DNA of 64,000 nucleotides from Scenedesmus sp. PABB004 (GCA_014905635.1 JABVCE010000011.1:620001-684000); one strand, 5' to 3'. Numbered from the stretch's first letter, positions 1 to 13,094 are shown. Translations and numbers: made by a program. Notes: generated from the letters alone by a model not told the origin.

Positions 1-2871
1 GCCTCGGCGAGCGCGCCGGAGGTCTTTGCCCTGCCCGCCGCGGTGCACGCGGACGCGGCGGCGGCGGCGGCGGCGTGCCGCAACGCCAGCGGCGGCGCGG
101 CGCTCGCGACGCTCGCGCAGCTGACCGCCGCGCGCGCGGCGGGCGCGGACTGGTGCGACTGGGGCTACGTGATGGCGACGTCGGACGGCGCCGACGGCGG
201 CGCGCCGCTCGCCGCATTCCCCGGCGGCAAGTGCGCGACCGACCGGGGCGAGGCCGCCGGCGTGCAGACGCGCGCCGCGCCCGACGCGCTCGTCGGCGCG
301 GTGTGCTTTGGCATCAAGCCCTTTGAGGGCACCGCCGGCGTGGCGCCGTTCAGCGCCGCCGCGTGGACGCAGTGGGGTGCGCGCGGCGCGGGACGGCGGG
401 CGCGGCAGGCAGCCCGCCGCGCGCGCGCCGCCGGGCCCCGCGCACGCCCGTCGCCCCCTCCCTCACGCCGGCGCCCGCCCGCCGCGCCGCGCCGCAGTGT
501 GCATGTACGCCGGCCTGCCGCCCGCGCCCGGCGGCAGCGCGTGGCCCACCACGTGCAGCTACACAGCCGTCGGCGGCGTCTGCGCCGGCGTGTGCGGGGG
601 GCGGGGCGCGGGGCTGTTCTACTCAATGTGTATCGGCGGCAGCTGGGCGCCGCCCGTGGGCGACTGCAAGGTCACATGTGAGCTAGCAGCGCGCACGCGG
701 GCCGGGCGGGGCGCGGTATCGGCGCGGCGCGCGTGCGACGCGCGGGTCGCGGCGCCCGCCCGCCGCGCGGCGCCCGCCCCCGCGCACGCCGACGCCCGCC
801 CGCACGACCGCCCGCCCAGACTGCCCTGGCAACCCGCCGAACCCGCCGAGCGGCAAGTTTGAGTGCGCCGCGAGCGCCAGCGTGGGCACGACCTGCAACG
901 CCACCTGCAGCGACGGCGGCGCGGCGTCGGCGGCGTGCCAGGCGGACGGCACCTGGGGCCCCATCATGGGCGCCTGCAAGATCGGTGAGCATCCCCCCCT
1001 GGCGCGCAGCGCAGCCGGGCGGGGCAGGCCTGCGGGCGCGCCACGCTCACGCGCGGCGCGAACCCGCCCCGCCGCCGCCGCGCAGCCTGCTTCGCGCGGG
1101 ACCTGCCCGCGGCGCCGGCCAACGGCGTGTGGCTCGCGGCCGACTGCGCCGAGGTCGCGCCGGGTGGCAGCTGCAAGGCGCAGTGCGCCCCCGGCACGGA
1201 GGGGGCGCCCACCATCTCCTGCGGCGCGGACGGCACGTGGCAGGCCAGCAGCGGCGCCTGCACGCCCTCCACCGTGGCCTGCACCGGCTCGCCGCCTGCC
1301 CTCACCAACGGCGTGTTCAACTGCGGCGCGTCGACCCCGCACGGCAGCAACTGCACGGCCGCCTGCAACCCGTGAGCAGGCGCCGCCGCCCGGCCGGGCT
1401 GTGCGCGTCCAGGCCAGCCCGCCCGACCCCTGCCCGCGTCGCCGCGCCGCGCAGGTCATTCTTCGGCGAGCCGGCGGGCGCCCCGCTCGCCGTGTGCCGC
1501 AACGGCAAGTGGGATGCAGTCGTGGGCCAGTGCCTCGCAGGTGCGCTGCCGCGCGGAGGTGGCTGGCCGCGCACGCCCAGCAGGCCGGCGGCGCGAGGCG
1601 CCCGCGCGCCGCGCTCGCGCGCCGACCGCCCGCTGTCCGCCACGCCGCGCAGGCTGCTCCGGCGCGCAGCTGCCCGCCGCGCCGGCCAACGCGCAGTGGG
1701 AGGCCTGCCCCAATGCAGGCACGGGCGGGGTCTGCCGTGCCAAGTGTGCCGCCGACTACGCCGGCGCGCCCGCCGCCGTGTGCACGGGGCCGGGCACGGG
1801 CTGGGCGGTCGCCGGCACGTGCGTCGCCGCGCCCTTGTCCTGCTCTGGCAGCCCGCCCGACCCGGCCAACGGCGCGTTTGACTGCGGCCCCTTCACCGTG
1901 CGCAACGCCGCCTGCAACGCGACGTGCCGCCCCGGCTTTGCCGGCGCGCCGACGGCCACGTGCGGCGCCGACGGCAAGTGGGGCGCGGTGACGGGGGTCT
2001 GCACGGCCTCCACCACGGGTGAGGCGCCTGCTGCCCGGCGCGGCCGCGCCGGCGCAGCTGTCGGGGGCGCGGCGCCGCCGCTCGCGCCGTGCAATGCAGG
2101 CAACCGCTGCTGACCCTGCCCCGCCCCGCCCCCTGCTGGTGTTGTTGCCAGTGTGCGCCGGCAGCCCGCCCAACCCCGCGGGCGGCGCGTTTGACTGCGG
2201 CGCGAGCTCGGCCGTGTCGTCGCTGTGCTCCGCCGCCTGCGCCGCCGGCTACGTGTTTGACGCCCTGGGCAGCCCCGCCGGCGCGACGGGGCCCTGGGCG
2301 CGCTGCGGCGCCAGCGGGCAGTGGGGCCGCGTGTCCGGCGCCTGCGTGGCGCGGCAGACGAGTGAGCCGCGCGGCTGCGCAGCGCCGGCGCCGCTGCTGG
2401 CGCCGCCGCGGGCGCCGCCGCGGCGGGCGCCGCCGCCGCCGCCGCGGGCGCTCAGCCCGCGCCCTGCCCGCCGGCCGCCCGCCCGCAGGCTGCTCGGGCA
2501 GCCCCGAGCGCTACCCCTTCCTCGGTCGTATCACCAACGGCGCCTTTGCCTGCAGCGCGACGCCGGTGGGCAGCGCCTGCGCCGCCGACTGCGACGACAC
2601 CTACGTCGGTGCCCCGGCCGCGCGGTGCGAGCGGGGCGGCCTCTGGGGCCCCGTCGTCGGCGCGTGCGCGCCGGGCTGCGACGCGTCGGGCCTGCCGCCG
2701 GCGCCGCGCAACGCCGCCTGGGCGGCAAGCTGCAGCGGCGCCGGCGGCGTGCGCACGGGCAGCGTCTGCAGCGCCGTGTGCGGCAGCGGCTTTGTGGGCG
2801 CGCCCGTGGCGGCGTGCGCGGGCGCGAATAAGTGGGCTGTCGCGGGCGGTTGCGTGCCGCTCGCCGCGTGA
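1..2871 (+). CDS. Cys-rich protein, probably extracellular: Link (Xlink)-like module followed by about 9 six-Cys sushi/CCP-like repeats; 5' end lies outside the window; multi-exon
   Basis: Frame from nt 1 reads PEVFAL..AAACRNASGGAALATLAQLTAARAAGADWCDWGY (Link-like). GT-AG introns (first 377-497) separate repeats of C..PP.P.NG.F.C....G..C.A.C..G..G.P.A.C...G.W..V.G.C. Stop TGA at 2869-2871. Confidence 0.75.
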
Positions 2872-3723
2872 CGCGGTGTGGTGCCTGCTGGCCGGTCTGG
2901 TGGCCCGCCGCTCGTGATGTGCAGGCTGAGCTGTCAAGCAAGTCACCCAACCCCTGGCTTTGGCGCACACACTGCCCTCGCACGTCGCACCAGCGCCCGC
3001 GCGCTCACCGCCGTCCACCCTATCTGCCACGCGCCCGGCTCACCCCCGCGCGCGTGGAGGCGCGCCGCGCCACGTCGTGCTCGGCGGCGGCGTGCTGTCG
3101 CTGCCGTTGCTGCGGCCGCGCGCGGTCATGTCATTTGGCTCGACGCACTGCAACCTTAAACGCACTTGAGAACGCGAAGGTGGTGGTGGAGGTCAGGGGG
3201 GTCTGGTGGGTCTGGTGAACAAGGGGTGGCTGGGCAGTGCAGCGCGTTCCGCACGCGTAGCGGAGGCTGAGGGGTGGGACATAACACGGGCGCCGCGCGG
3301 GGGCGCGCCGCAGCTCGCCAAGGGCGGCGCGGCGAGGCCAGCGGCGCCGCGCGCCGAAGGCCGCGCGCGCTCGGCCGCTGCGTGCGCCAGCCAGCGCGTG
3401 TGGCTCTGTTCAGGTTGTGCTTGTTTGCTATAAGGAGGTGGTGCTGTGGAGGCTCCGCAAACAGAACAGCCCACAGGCGCCCGCCCCGCGCCGCCGCGGC
3501 TTGAGCCCCCGCGCCGCCAGCGACCGCCGCCAGGCCACGGCACCTCCACAGCGCCGCATAGCAGCGGCGACCACCAGCCCGGCCCACCCCGCCCCACGCC
3601 ACCGCGGCTTGAGCCCCTGCGCCGGCGGCGCCCGCGACGCAGCCGCCCGCGCGCGCCGCGCACCCCCCAGTCCCCGCGTGCCCCGGCAGCGCGCCGACGC
3701 CCCGCAGCGGCCCAGGAGGCGCC

Positions 3724-5648
3724 ATGATGACCCTGGCGGCCAGCTCGCCCGCCGACGACGCCGCGGCGCCGCCCGAAGACGGCGGAGCGAGCCCGCTGCT
3801 GCGCGCGCTCGCGGCGCTGGACGACGGCGTGTGGGCGGAGGCGCTGCTGCCCAAGCTGCGGGAGGACACCGGCAGCGCGTCCGCGTTCGCGCTGGCCTGC
3901 AGGGAGGCGCGGCGGCTCGTGCAGAGCAGCGCGGCGTCGCTGTCGCTGCGCGCCGCCGACTGCACGCGCGCGGCCCCGCTGGCGCGCCTGGGGCAGCGCT
4001 TCACCGGCTGCAGCGAGGTGGCCTTCGCTCTGACCAGTCCCGGCGACACCGGCGCGCCGCTGGCGACGCTGCTGCCCGCGCTGGCGAGGCGAGCAGCGGC
4101 GGCGGGCGGCGCGCGCGCTGTCGGCCGGGGTGTGTCGGTGTCTTGTGGGCGGCGCGCGTGCGTGCGGCAAGCAACTTTTCAGGCGACTCAGCAGTGGAAG
4201 GGGGCTCACCCACCGCGCCGCCCGACCTGCCCGCCGCTGCACCTGCAGGCTGCCGCGGCTCACGTCGCTGCGCCTGGACGCGGCTGCCAGCGCCGCCGCC
4301 AGCGAGCCGGCAGCCATTGCACCGGCGATTGCGGCAGCTGCCGCGCAGCTGCCAGGCCTGCGATCGCTGGATCTGGCGCTCGGGCGCAGCTGGGAGGGCA
4401 GCGACGCCGCGTGGCGGGCGCTCGGCCTGGCGACGCAGCTCACGCGCGTCGCGGTGCGCTTCGATGCGTTGCTCTCACCCGTCACACTGCGCCACCTGTC
4501 GGCGCTGACCGCCATCAGCGGCCTGGCGAGCCTCGATGTTGGAGTGGGTACTCTGCGCGGCGCGCAGCAATACGGCTTCCTGGCCGGCCTCCCAGCGGCG
4601 CTCACGCAGCTTACGCTGCCCCTGGCGTGCGATCACCAGGGCCTGGACGCCGTCGGCGCCTGCACAGGCCTGCAGAGCCTCACGTTCGAGGTGCATCCCA
4701 GCAGTGATTACAGCGACGATCGTGTCTGGCCCACACTGGGTGAGGCGGCGTGTGCGTCGCTCGCGCGGTGCACGCGTCTCACTGCCCTGGACGTCTTCGT
4801 GGAGCAAAGCTCCGACCCGCACCTCCTGGCGGCGCTGGCGGCGTTGACTGGCCTGCAGGGACTCTGCATTGACCATCTGTCGCGCGCCTCGCTGCCGTGC
4901 CTGGCCAGCTTGAGCCAGCTCACCTACCTGCAGGGCAGCTGGGTGGAGGGTGCCGGCGGCGGGGCCGGCCGCGCCAGCGCAGCCTGCCCGTCGTTGGTGG
5001 AGCTGTGCGGCAGGGGCCCGGTGCTGTTTGAGGCGTCCCCCCGCCTGCGCAGGGTGGTGCAGATTGGTGCGTGGCCGACCGCTACGCTGCGGGGGCTGGC
5101 CGCGCACTGCAGCGGGCTGACGGCGCTTGTTGTGTGTGGGTGCGGGCACTGGGCGGGGCCCAGCTTTGAGGCCGGCACCGGCGCCCAGGTCGAGTGCGTG
5201 GCGGCGCTGCGCACCCTGGCCGGCCTCAAGGAGCTGCGCGTGCTGGGTCTGTCGGCCAGCGACGACGCGGAGGTGGCGGCGCTGGCCGCGGCGACGCAGG
5301 TCACCTGCCTGGTCCTGCGCGTCCCGGAGGGGAGCGCTTGCACGGCTGCCGGGCTGATGGCCCTTGCGCGCATGACCTGGCTGCGCGATGTCTGGCTGGA
5401 GCTGTTGGCTCGAGCTGAGCGGGGAGGACGCGCAGGCGTGGCTGCGCGCGCTGCGCTTTGCGGACAAAGTGCGCGTGTCAGTGACGGACGAGGGCCAGCG
5501 CGCAGCGTGGGCGATTGCGGCGGCGGCGGTGGCGGCGCACGCGCCTGGCACGGCGCGGCCCGACTGGTTTGTGGTGAAAGTGGTGCGGCCGGTGCAGGCG
5601 CCACCGGCCAACGGCGTCTGGTCGGGCAGCGAGGACGAGTGGGAGTGA
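3724..5648 (+). pseudogene. F-box-like/LRR-like family copy 1 (2 exons); 2-nt deletion frameshift near 5405 (real lesion or assembly error)
   Basis: Exon 1 3724-4088 (LLRALAALDDGVWAEALLPKL..FALACREARRLV), GC donor at 4089, exon 2 from about 4249 with LxxLxL repeats. Reads ctgTTGGctc where copy 2 has ctgTTTGGGctc; the C-terminus continues in ORF 5388..5648. Confidence 0.65.
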
Positions 5649-5804
5649 GACGACGCGGCGCTGGGCGGCGACTCGGGTCTGGCTTGTGCGCGCTGGTGGG
5701 TGGGTCGTGCGGGCGCTGCAGGCAGCGGCGCGCTGAGGCTGTGTGCGGTGCCCGCTCGCGTGTGCGCTCGTAAGCACACCAGTTGCACGGCGGTCGTGGC
5801 GGCC

Positions 5805-7352
5805 TCACGCGTCAAACGCTGCCATCTGCTGCGCCAGCTCCTCCTCCTCCTCCTGATCGCCAGCACCGTCCAGCGCGATGGCATCGAAGCTGCCGCGCGC
5901 GCCGCCGCCGCCGCCGTGCGGCTCGCCCAGCCGCGGAGGCTGCGCCCCGCCCCTGCTTGCCTGGTGCGCGGGCGCGCGCAGCGCGAGCGCGCCGGCCGCT
6001 GCAAACTCTGCCTGCCGGGCCAGCATCGCCCGTACGTCGTTGCCTCGCCCCCCTGCCGGCGCCCTGCAGCCGCCGGCAGGCGCGGCGCCGTGCCGGGCGG
6101 TGGCGGGCGGCGCGCGCCCGTCCGGCGCGGGCTCCGCTGCTGCTGGGCCACCGACGGCCTGCTGCTGCTGCGCCTGCTGCTGCGCCTGCTGCTGCTGCGC
6201 CTGCGGCTCCTCGGCCTCGTCATCCACGATGCCCAGCTCCTCCAGCAGGCTGCCAAACATGCTGCCCACCCCGCCGGCGCTGGAGCGCCGCCCCGGCTTG
6301 GCGGCGCCCCCGCCCGCGCCCGGGTCTGCGCGGGGCGGGCGCACGCCCGCCACCGCCGCGCCGGCCGCCGCGGCGGCGGCGGGGGCGGCGCCTGAGCAGC
6401 GCCGCCCCGCCAAGGGGTTGCTCGGCTGCAGCACCAGCGGGTGCAGCGTGCCGCAGGACGACCGCCGCGTGCCGCCGGTGCCGCCCGAGCCGCCGCTGCC
6501 GGGCCTGCCGCCGCTGCCGCTGGCCGCTGCCTCGGTGGCGGCGCCGCCTGGATCGGCGCCCGGCGCCGCCGCAGCTGCGCCGGCCTGGCTGTCCTCGATG
6601 CTGTCTGCCGTGAAGTGCGTGGGCAGCGTGGCGGCCGGCGACGCCTGATCGCCCTCGCCGGCGGGGCAGGGCTCACGGTGCGCGCCAGCAACGGGCTCCT
6701 CCAGCTGCTGTGCACGCGGCTGCCCCTGGCCGGCGCCTGGCGCGGTGCGAGGCTGACACGGGGCGACCAGCGCCTGGTGCTGCTGCGTCGACTGCTGCTG
6801 CGACGCCTGCTGTTGCTGCTGCGACATGAGCAGCTGCGCCTTGCGCTGGGACACCGAGAGCGACCGCCGCCCGCTGAGACCGCCGCTCGCGCCCGCAGGC
6901 CCCCCGCTGCCGACGGCCGCCGTTGCGGCTGCGGCGGCCGCCCCGGCTGCGGCCTGCCTGAGCAGGTGACCCGCGCCGGGGGCCGCCGCCGCGTGCGCGT
7001 GCGGCTGCCAGGGCGCCTCCTCCTCCTCGGCATCATCATCCAGCAACACCTGCCGCCGGTGGCCTGCCGCGGCGCGCTGCCTGCGCGTCTGGCCCAGGCA
7101 GCCGCCGTCGTCCTCGCCGCCAGGGCCCCGGCCGTCGCCGCCGCGCTTGGCGCCTGCGGCCGCAGCCGGCTGCCTCTCAGCGGTGCCGAGCTGCCTCACT
7201 ATCGCTTGGTCGAGGGCCTGGTCAAAGTCAACGCCGGCGTCGCTGGCGGGCGTGACGTCCGTGACCAGCTGCACGTCGCTGTCGCTGTCGCTCCCACTGC
7301 CGACGCCGGCGCGCGCGGCTTGGGCCGCCGCGGGCCGTTGCTGCCGTCGCCA

Positions 7353-7434
<82 letters not shown>

Positions 7435-8983
7435 TGCTGCGCCTCCTCGACCATCACGACGTCATCATCAGTGTCAGACATCGCCGCGCCTGCCGCTGCG
7501 ACCACCGCCGCGTCGTCCTCGCCCGCCGTTTGCTCGTCTGCAGGCTCGGCCGCCGCGCCGCCCGCATCGTCAAGGAAGCCCCACGCCGCGTCGTCGTCCA
7601 GCCCTGCTGTTGCCGCCGCCGGCGGCGCCCGCGCGGCGCCAGCGCTCGGCGGCCCCGCTCCTGCGTGTGCAGCCCGCCGCCCGCCTGTCCGCATGGCTGG
7701 CAGCATGACCCTGGGGCCACTGGCCTGCTGCTGGTCGCGCGGCTGGGCCGGCAGGGTGGGTGGCTGCTGCTGCTGCGGCTGCTGATGCGACCTCGGCGGC
7801 GGCTGCTGGTGCTGCGGCGGCGGCTGCTGCGGCGGCGGCTGCGCCAACGCTGGCGGCACCGCGGGCGGCCCAAACGACTGCTGGGCCGACGACGGCTGCT
7901 GCGCCGCGCCGGCCCACGCCGCCGCCGCCGCCTGCGCGTAGACCTGCTCCGCAGTGCGCTGCACGTCGCAGTGGTCTGCACCGCGCGGCCACCGTCCACG
8001 GGGCGCGCGCGCGCGCACAGCAGGTCGGCGCGACGTGAGCGCTGGCTCGGGTGCGACGCGCCCCCGCCGCCCCGCAGCGCCGCGCCGCCGCGCGCGCCGC
8101 CGCGCACCTGCCGGCCTGCCCACGTGGGCCAGCAGCGCCTGCCGGGCGGCCTCCAGGCGGTCCACCACGCCGCCGAGCACCACCACGTTCTCCGGCTGCA
8201 GCAGCAGCACGCCGCGCCGCACCGCGGGGTTGACGAGCAGCAGCTTGGTGCCCGCGGGCAGCAGCACGCGCAGCGCGGGGACGTGGCGGTACTCCAGCGC
8301 CACCACCTGCTGCACGCCTGGCGCGGCGCGGGCGCAGAGGGGCGGCGCGGCGCGGCGCGGCGCGGCGCGGGCGCGCGGCGGCGGGCGGGGCGTCGGCGGG
8401 CAGCGCGGCGGGCGCGGCAGGCGCGGCGGGTGGCGGGGCGGGCGCTGCCGCGGCGCGCACCGTCGGTCAGGTGCAGCTTGAGGCAGCGGTTGGGCCCCGC
8501 CTCGTGGTACCTGCGGCCGTGCGTGCGCGTGTGCTTGCTGGGGGCGCCACCCGCGCCGCCGCCGCGCCGCCGCCACGCCGCACCGGTCCCGGAAGCCTGC
8601 CGCGACGTTGACGGCCTCGTCCAGCTGCAGCATGAACTTGCCCGCCAGCGTCGTGCCGTGCAGCGCCTGCGGCGGCGGCGGCGGCCGTCGCGCTGCGCCC
8701 CCGGCGCGCGGCGCGGCGCGCCGGCGGCCGGCGCTGCGCCGCCGCGCACATCGACGCCCGGCGGCAGCAGCCCGCCGGCGCCGGCGGCGCGGAAGTCGGC
8801 CACCAGCAGCGCCTCCAGCAGCGCCGCGAGCTGCGCGCCGTGCGGGAGGCGCGCGAGGTCGCCGCCGTGCGCCGCGGCCAGCGCGGGCAGCGCGGCCGCC
8901 AGCCACGCCGGCGCGGGCGCAAAGCCGAGCGCCTCCCGCGCCGCGGCGCCCAGGGCGGCGGCGGCGCCGCCCGCCTCCGCCAT
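5805..8983 (-). CDS. RMI1: RecQ-mediated genome instability protein 1-like (RMI1 N-terminal helical region plus OB fold) with a long low-complexity, polyQ-containing C-terminus
   Basis: Spliced exons give LLVADFR..LLP, KFMLQLDEAVNVA, RCLKLHLTDG, VVALEYRHVPAL..LPAGTKLLL..VRRGVLLLQPENVVVLGGVVDRL, which is the RMI1_N/TDRD3-type OB-fold signature. Confidence 0.8.
7355..7432. repeat. (CTG/CAG)n trinucleotide repeat of about 25 units encoding polyQ in the RMI1-like gene
   Basis: Uninterrupted gctgctgct run seen directly. Confidence 0.95.
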
Positions 8984-9428
8984 GCGCCCGCCCCCGGCCC
9001 GCGGCGCTGCCCGCGGCGGCGGCAGCGGCGGGCGCCGGCGCGGGCGGTGCTGTCGCGCGCGGCGCGGCGCGCCCGGCGGCGGTGCTCGCTGTCGGGTGGG
9101 GCGCTGTGGCCCGTGTCAGCGCGGGGGAGGGGTGCTCGGGGCCGCTCTGGCGCTCTGGCGCTCGCGGGGGGCGCCTGCTGAATTTGAGTGCTGGGGTCCA
9201 GCCACTTCGCGCCCGCGCCCGCCGGCGATGCCGCAGCTGCACAGCTGCGCGGCCAGTCACACCGCACGCCACGCACGGCGCCCGCCACCGCCCGGCACCT
9301 TTGCACCAGCCCGCGCTCGGCGCGGCCGATCCCGGGGCTGCGGTCCTCAGATCCTCCCTCGCGTCGCACCACGCGCATGGCCGGGACGTGAGCCTCACAG
9401 CGCCGGCGCGCGCTCGGCGAGCAGCAGC

Positions 9429-12386
9429 ATGCCCGTTCTCGGGCGTCCCGGCGTCAGCAGGGCGGGCGTAGCCGCGCGGCGAGGTGCGTGACGCGCGCGC
9501 GGCGTCCGTGAGCACCCCCACGCGCCGCGGCAGGCCCGCGCGCTCACTGCTCGCGCGGCGCGCCGCTCGCTGCTGCGCAGGCGGCCCGCCCAGCCGCGCC
9601 CAGGCGCGCAGCGCGCCGGCGTCCGCGGCCCGCCGGCTGGTGGCCGAGGCGCCGGCGCCCTCGCCGGCCGCCGCGCCCGCGGCGGCGCCGCCCGGCGGCG
9701 CCGGGGGCGGCCCGGAGCCGCTGCCCAAGCTCCAACCCATCAGCGCCGCGCTCGCGCGCGAGCTCGCCCGGGAGGCCCGGCTCAAGCGCCGCCTGCGCAA
9801 GCAGCTGTCCCTGCTGCAGCGCCAGCTCGCGGCGGCGGATGCCGCCGGCTGGGGCGACGGCGCGGGCGGCGGCAGCTGGGACGGCGACTCTGCCGCGGGG
9901 AGCAGCAGCAGCTGGGAGGCCACCGAGGACCCGCTGTTCGCACCGACCACGCCGCCGTCGGTGCAGCAGCTGCAGCGCCGCCTGGTCGCGGTGCGCCGGC
10001 GCCTGCGCGCGGCGGGGAGCGCGAGCCTGAGCGACGTGCTCACAGGTGCGGCGCGCGCCGGCGCCGGCGCGACCGCGCGCTGCCAAGCGCGCGCGCCTCG
10101 CCGCCGTCGCGCCGACGATGCGCGCCGCCCGCGTCGCGCCCGTGCGCCCCGCAGTCGCGGGCCGGCTGCAGGACGTCGCGGCCTGCCTGGAGCTGCCGCT
10201 CGACTCCGTCGTGCCGATGGTGGCGCGGCACGAGGCGCTGCTGCTGCAGCCGCCCGCCGCGCTGCCGCCGCGCCTCGAGCTGCTCGCGGGCGCGCTGCAG
10301 CTGCCGCGGCGCGAGGCCGCGGAGCTGCTCGCGGCGCGCGCGCCGCAGCTGCTCGCGACGCCGCTGCCGCGGCTGCAGGCCCACCTCGCGGGGCTGGCGC
10401 GCGTGCTGGGCAGCCGCGGGCTGGACCCCGCGGAGCTGCTGCAGGAGCGGCCCGACGTGCTCAGCCAGAGCCCCAGCAGCATCGAGGCAAAGCTGGAGGA
10501 GCTGCCGCGCGCGCTCGGCATGTCGCGCCAGCAAGTGCGCCAGCTCGTCGCCGAGTGCCCGCAGCTGCTGCGCCGCTCGGTGGCCAGCCTCGCGCACCGG
10601 TGCGCGCCGCGCGCGGCGCGCGCGCTGGCGCAGTCTGCCCCGCCTCGCCAGCCCGCACGCGCGGCGTGGCGCGCCGGAGCGCTCTGACGGCCGCCACCGC
10701 GCTGCTGCCGCCGCCGCCGCCGCAGGTACCGCTCGCTGTGCGAGCTGTTCAGCATCCCCACGGCCTTTGTGCAGGAGTTTGTCGTGCAGGAGCCGGAGCT
10801 GCTCTGCGTGTCGGCGCCGACGCTGCGGGCCAAGTTTGACGCGCTCGTGCAGCGGTGCGCGCCGCCCCGCCGCGCCGCCGCGTCCGGCCCCTGCCCCAGC
10901 CAGGCAGCGCGCCCCGCCGCCCGCCCACGCCCGCCCGCCGCCGCCCGCCCGCCTTGAACCCTGAACCAGGTACGGCGCGTTCTCGGATGACGTCGTGGAC
11001 ATGGTGCTGGTCGACCCGAGCATGCTGCTCAACGCCGACCCCGCGGCCGCGGGCCGCGCGCCCGGCGTGAAAGCAAGCCGCAAAAAGGCGGCCGCGGCGG
11101 CGGCGGCGGCGGCCGAGGCGGCGGCCGCCAAGGAGGCGCAGGCGCAGCAGGCGCAGCAGCAGGAGCAGGAGCTGGAGCAGGAGCAGGAGCAGGAGCAGGG
11201 CGGCGGCAGCCGCAGCGGCGGCGACCAGCTGCGCGCGGCCGCCGACGCGGCGGCCGCCGCGGTCGCGGCGGCCGCGGGCGCGGGCGCGGGCAGCGCGTGG
11301 CCGGCGGCGGCGGCGCTCGCAGAGTTTGAGGCCGCCCTGGCGGGCGCGGTCGGCGGCCCCGGCGCCGGCGAGGAGCCCGCCCCGGCCGGCGCAGGGCTCG
11401 AGCCGGAGCCGTGGCAGCTCCTGCTGGCGCAGCGCCAGGAGCGCCGCGCCGCGGCGCGCGAGCGGCAGCGCCTGCGGCGCCAGCTCAAGCAGCAGCTGCA
11501 GCAGCAGTGGCTCGCCGGCGCGGACGGCGACGCCGCGGCGGGGCAGGAGCAGCAGGCGCTGCTGCAGTGGGCCGAGGCGCGGCTCGGCGCGCCGGCGGTC
11601 GAGGCGCTCGCCGCCGTGGCCGCGCCGCCCGCCGCGAGCACGCGGCAGTCGCCCGTGCGGCAGCTGCTGGCCTTCTCTGCCGCCACCGGGCTCAGCCCGG
11701 GGCTGGCGCTCGCGCTGTGGCAGCAGGAGCCGGCGCTGGCGCAGCTGCCGACGCCCGTCATCGCGGCGCAGGTGTCGCGCCTGTCGGCGGCGCTCGGGCT
11801 GGAGGCGCAGCCGGCGGCGGAGGCGGAGGCTGCGCAGCAGCAGCAGCAGGCGGGCGGGCAGGCGCTGGAGCAGCCGGCGGGCGGGCAGGCGCAGCGGCCG
11901 GTGCTGCGCGTGCTCGTGCGCGAGCCCAGCCTGCTGGCGCTGCCGCCCAGCCGGCTTCGCGACAACCTGGCGGGCCTGCGCGACCTGCTCGGCCTCAATC
12001 CGCAGCGCGGCCTGCTGCCACTGCTGTGCGATCACCCGGGGCTGCTGCTGCTGTCGCCGGAGGCCGCCGAGTACCGGCTGCAGCACCTGGCGGGCCTGCT
12101 GCAGCTGAGCGTGCCGGCGGCGCTCGCGCTCGCGCTGGGCCAGCCCCAGCTGCTGCGCGAGCGCCCCGTCGCGCTCGCCGCGCGCCTGGGCAGCCTCTGC
12201 ACGCTGCTCGGCGTGGGCCGGCGCGTGGCGGGCGAGTGCGTGCTGCGCGAGCCGCGGCTGCTGTGCCTGGACGACGGCGAGCTGCAGGGGCGCTGGGAGG
12301 GCCTCTGCGGCCGCGTGGGCTGGGCGGACGACGCGCTCGACCTGGTGCTCGCCGACCCGGCGGCGCTGCTGCGCGGCGAGCTGTGA
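9429..12386 (+). CDS. mTERF-like helical repeat protein, probably organelle-targeted; multi-exon
   Basis: Repeats of about 35 aa such as RPDVLSQSPSSIEAKLEELPRALGMSRQQVRQLVAECPQLL, EPSLLALPPSRLRDNL and QPQLLRERP. Start inferred from ATG 9429 and intron 9484-9580. Confidence 0.7.
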
Positions 12387-12663
12387 GACACCCGCGTGCG
12401 GGGAGAGGGGCGCAGCCACCGGCTGCCTGGGCCCTGAGGGCGCCCGGTGTGTAAGCGGTTGGCGGTGGTTGCGGCGCGCGCGGCGACGCGGCCGCGGCGG
12501 CTGCGCGCCTCGGGCGAGCGCGCCGAGCTGCGCCGCTGCGCTGCCAGCCGGAGACGGCCCCGTGCTGCGCCCTGCAGCGCGCGCTCAGCGGCGGCGGCGG
12601 CTGCGTCACCCGAGGTACCGCCTGGAACCAGGCACCGGCGGAGCTGGTTCCAGCGCCGCCGCC
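12211..12663 (+). repeat. Inverted duplication arm A (mTERF 3' coding end plus 3' flank)
   Basis: Reverse complement matches 16193-16641. Confidence 0.9.
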
Positions 12664-13094
12664 GCCACGAGCGCGCGCGGCGCCGCGGGCAGGCCCAGGC
12701 GTCCTCATTGAGCGCTGTGAGGTGATCAGGCGGCCGCGGCGCGGCCCAGGCGCAGCGCAAGGGCGAATACCAGAAGACAAAACCGCGCTTGGCACGCGGT
12801 CGCGGCCTTAGCCGCGCCGCCCGCCCCTCAGCGTGTGGATTGAAGTCCAAGCAAGACAGCAGGCAAGTGTGTGCGCCGTCCCGGGGGGCCCTCGCGCCGC
12901 GGCGCCCGGCAGCAGCGCGTTCCCCACGCGTCCCGCGGCCGCGGCGCGCCGCCCAGTCCCACGCGCCGCGCCCTGACGTCGCGCCCATGCTGGCTCGCGT
13001 CCGCGCGGTCGGGCGCGGGCGCTGGGGCCCCTGACGCTGCAAACGCCGCCGGCGCCGCTGCTGCTGCTGCCGCCGCGCCGCCGCCGCAGGCGCC

